From Paraspadella gotoi (lineage: Eukaryota > Animalia > Chaetognatha): a stretch of DNA of 34,219 nucleotides. The notes beneath the pieces were generated by a model. It had not been told where the DNA came from and made no database searches. It saw only the letters and a list, made by a program, of their open reading frames with translations. Position numbers and translations under genes: made by a program. This document shows positions 33,533-34,219 of the stretch, piece by piece (position 1 is the first letter of the stretch; each line of letters starts with the position of its first letter). The stretch is taken from positions 23,817,914-23,852,132 of the forward strand of contig CM119266.1 in NCBI GenBank assembly GCA_051294375.1, written 5' to 3'.

Positions 33533-34219
33533 CACAAGAGTCAACAATGGAAAATGAGTTTTGAGATCAGGGCGATGGAAAATGAGTTCGTTGATGAGGC
33601 CCCGAGATCTCGGTCCGGGGAGGAAGGGAGGAGGAGAGGGGAAGAAGAGGAGGGGAAGGGAGGGAGAGGAAAGGAAAGGAAAGGAAGGGCGGATAAAACA
33701 GCGGCAGAAGGATGTTGGAGGGGAAAAAAGAAAGAAAAAAGAAAGGAAATGTGGGACTCGATGAAGCAAAAAATTAAAGAGAAAGAAGTGGATGGTGGTA
33801 GAAACGGGAGAGAGGGAGGAAAGAATTATTTAAACTACAGAAATGAGAGTATTAAAGTTAAAAACGTCAAGGAAACTAAATTTAAAAAAAAAAAATACAA
33901 GAAAATGAGAAGCGAAAAGGGGAGTCAGGAATTGAAAAGGAAAACTGGAATGATAGAATGACTGAAAGGACGAGTGAAGAAAGAGAAAGGAGAAAAGAAG
34001 AAGATGAAGAAAGAATGAAAAGAAAAGAGAAAAGAGAGTAAAAGATGAGAAGAGTAGGAATGAAGGTCGAGGAAGGAGAGAAGAGGATAAACGTCGAAGC
34101 TAAAAGGAGGCGTCGACGAAGTTGAAACTCAATTTGGAGAATTTCCTTTTTTGGAAGACGCGAGATCTTGAGTGAGAGCGAGTCAAGAGAATTTTCGACT
34201 CAGAGAGAGAGAGAGAGAG

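Overview
Gene-poor, non-coding DNA from a draft eukaryotic scaffold, probably an invertebrate animal (AT-rich, abundant CpG, dense GA/TC microsatellites). I recognise no protein-coding gene, rRNA, tRNA, CRISPR array or intact transposon. Nearly all listed ORFs are microsatellite, homopolymer or N-run read-through. About a quarter of the window is redundant: a ~4.5 kb block occurs twice (7400-12052 and 12199-16557), and a ~2.9 kb block occurs twice plus a gapped third copy (19226-22119, 22145-24995, 25021-26140). Each junction is exactly 25 Ns and the copies differ mainly by indels, which points to long-read gap-filling artefacts rather than real duplication. The best biological leads are regulatory or ncRNA: (i) three consensus RFX X-boxes, two of them abutting; (ii) an imperfect hairpin at 418-485 resembling both arms of miR-993 (miR-10 family); (iii) a TCF/LEF site cluster; (iv) a four-copy TGACGC-G-rich motif array; (v) a CTCF-like site; (vi) two weak small-exon/ORF candidates. 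Together these suggest a developmental cis-regulatory landscape, but that is inference. I cannot support a claim of a novel biological system from this sequence.
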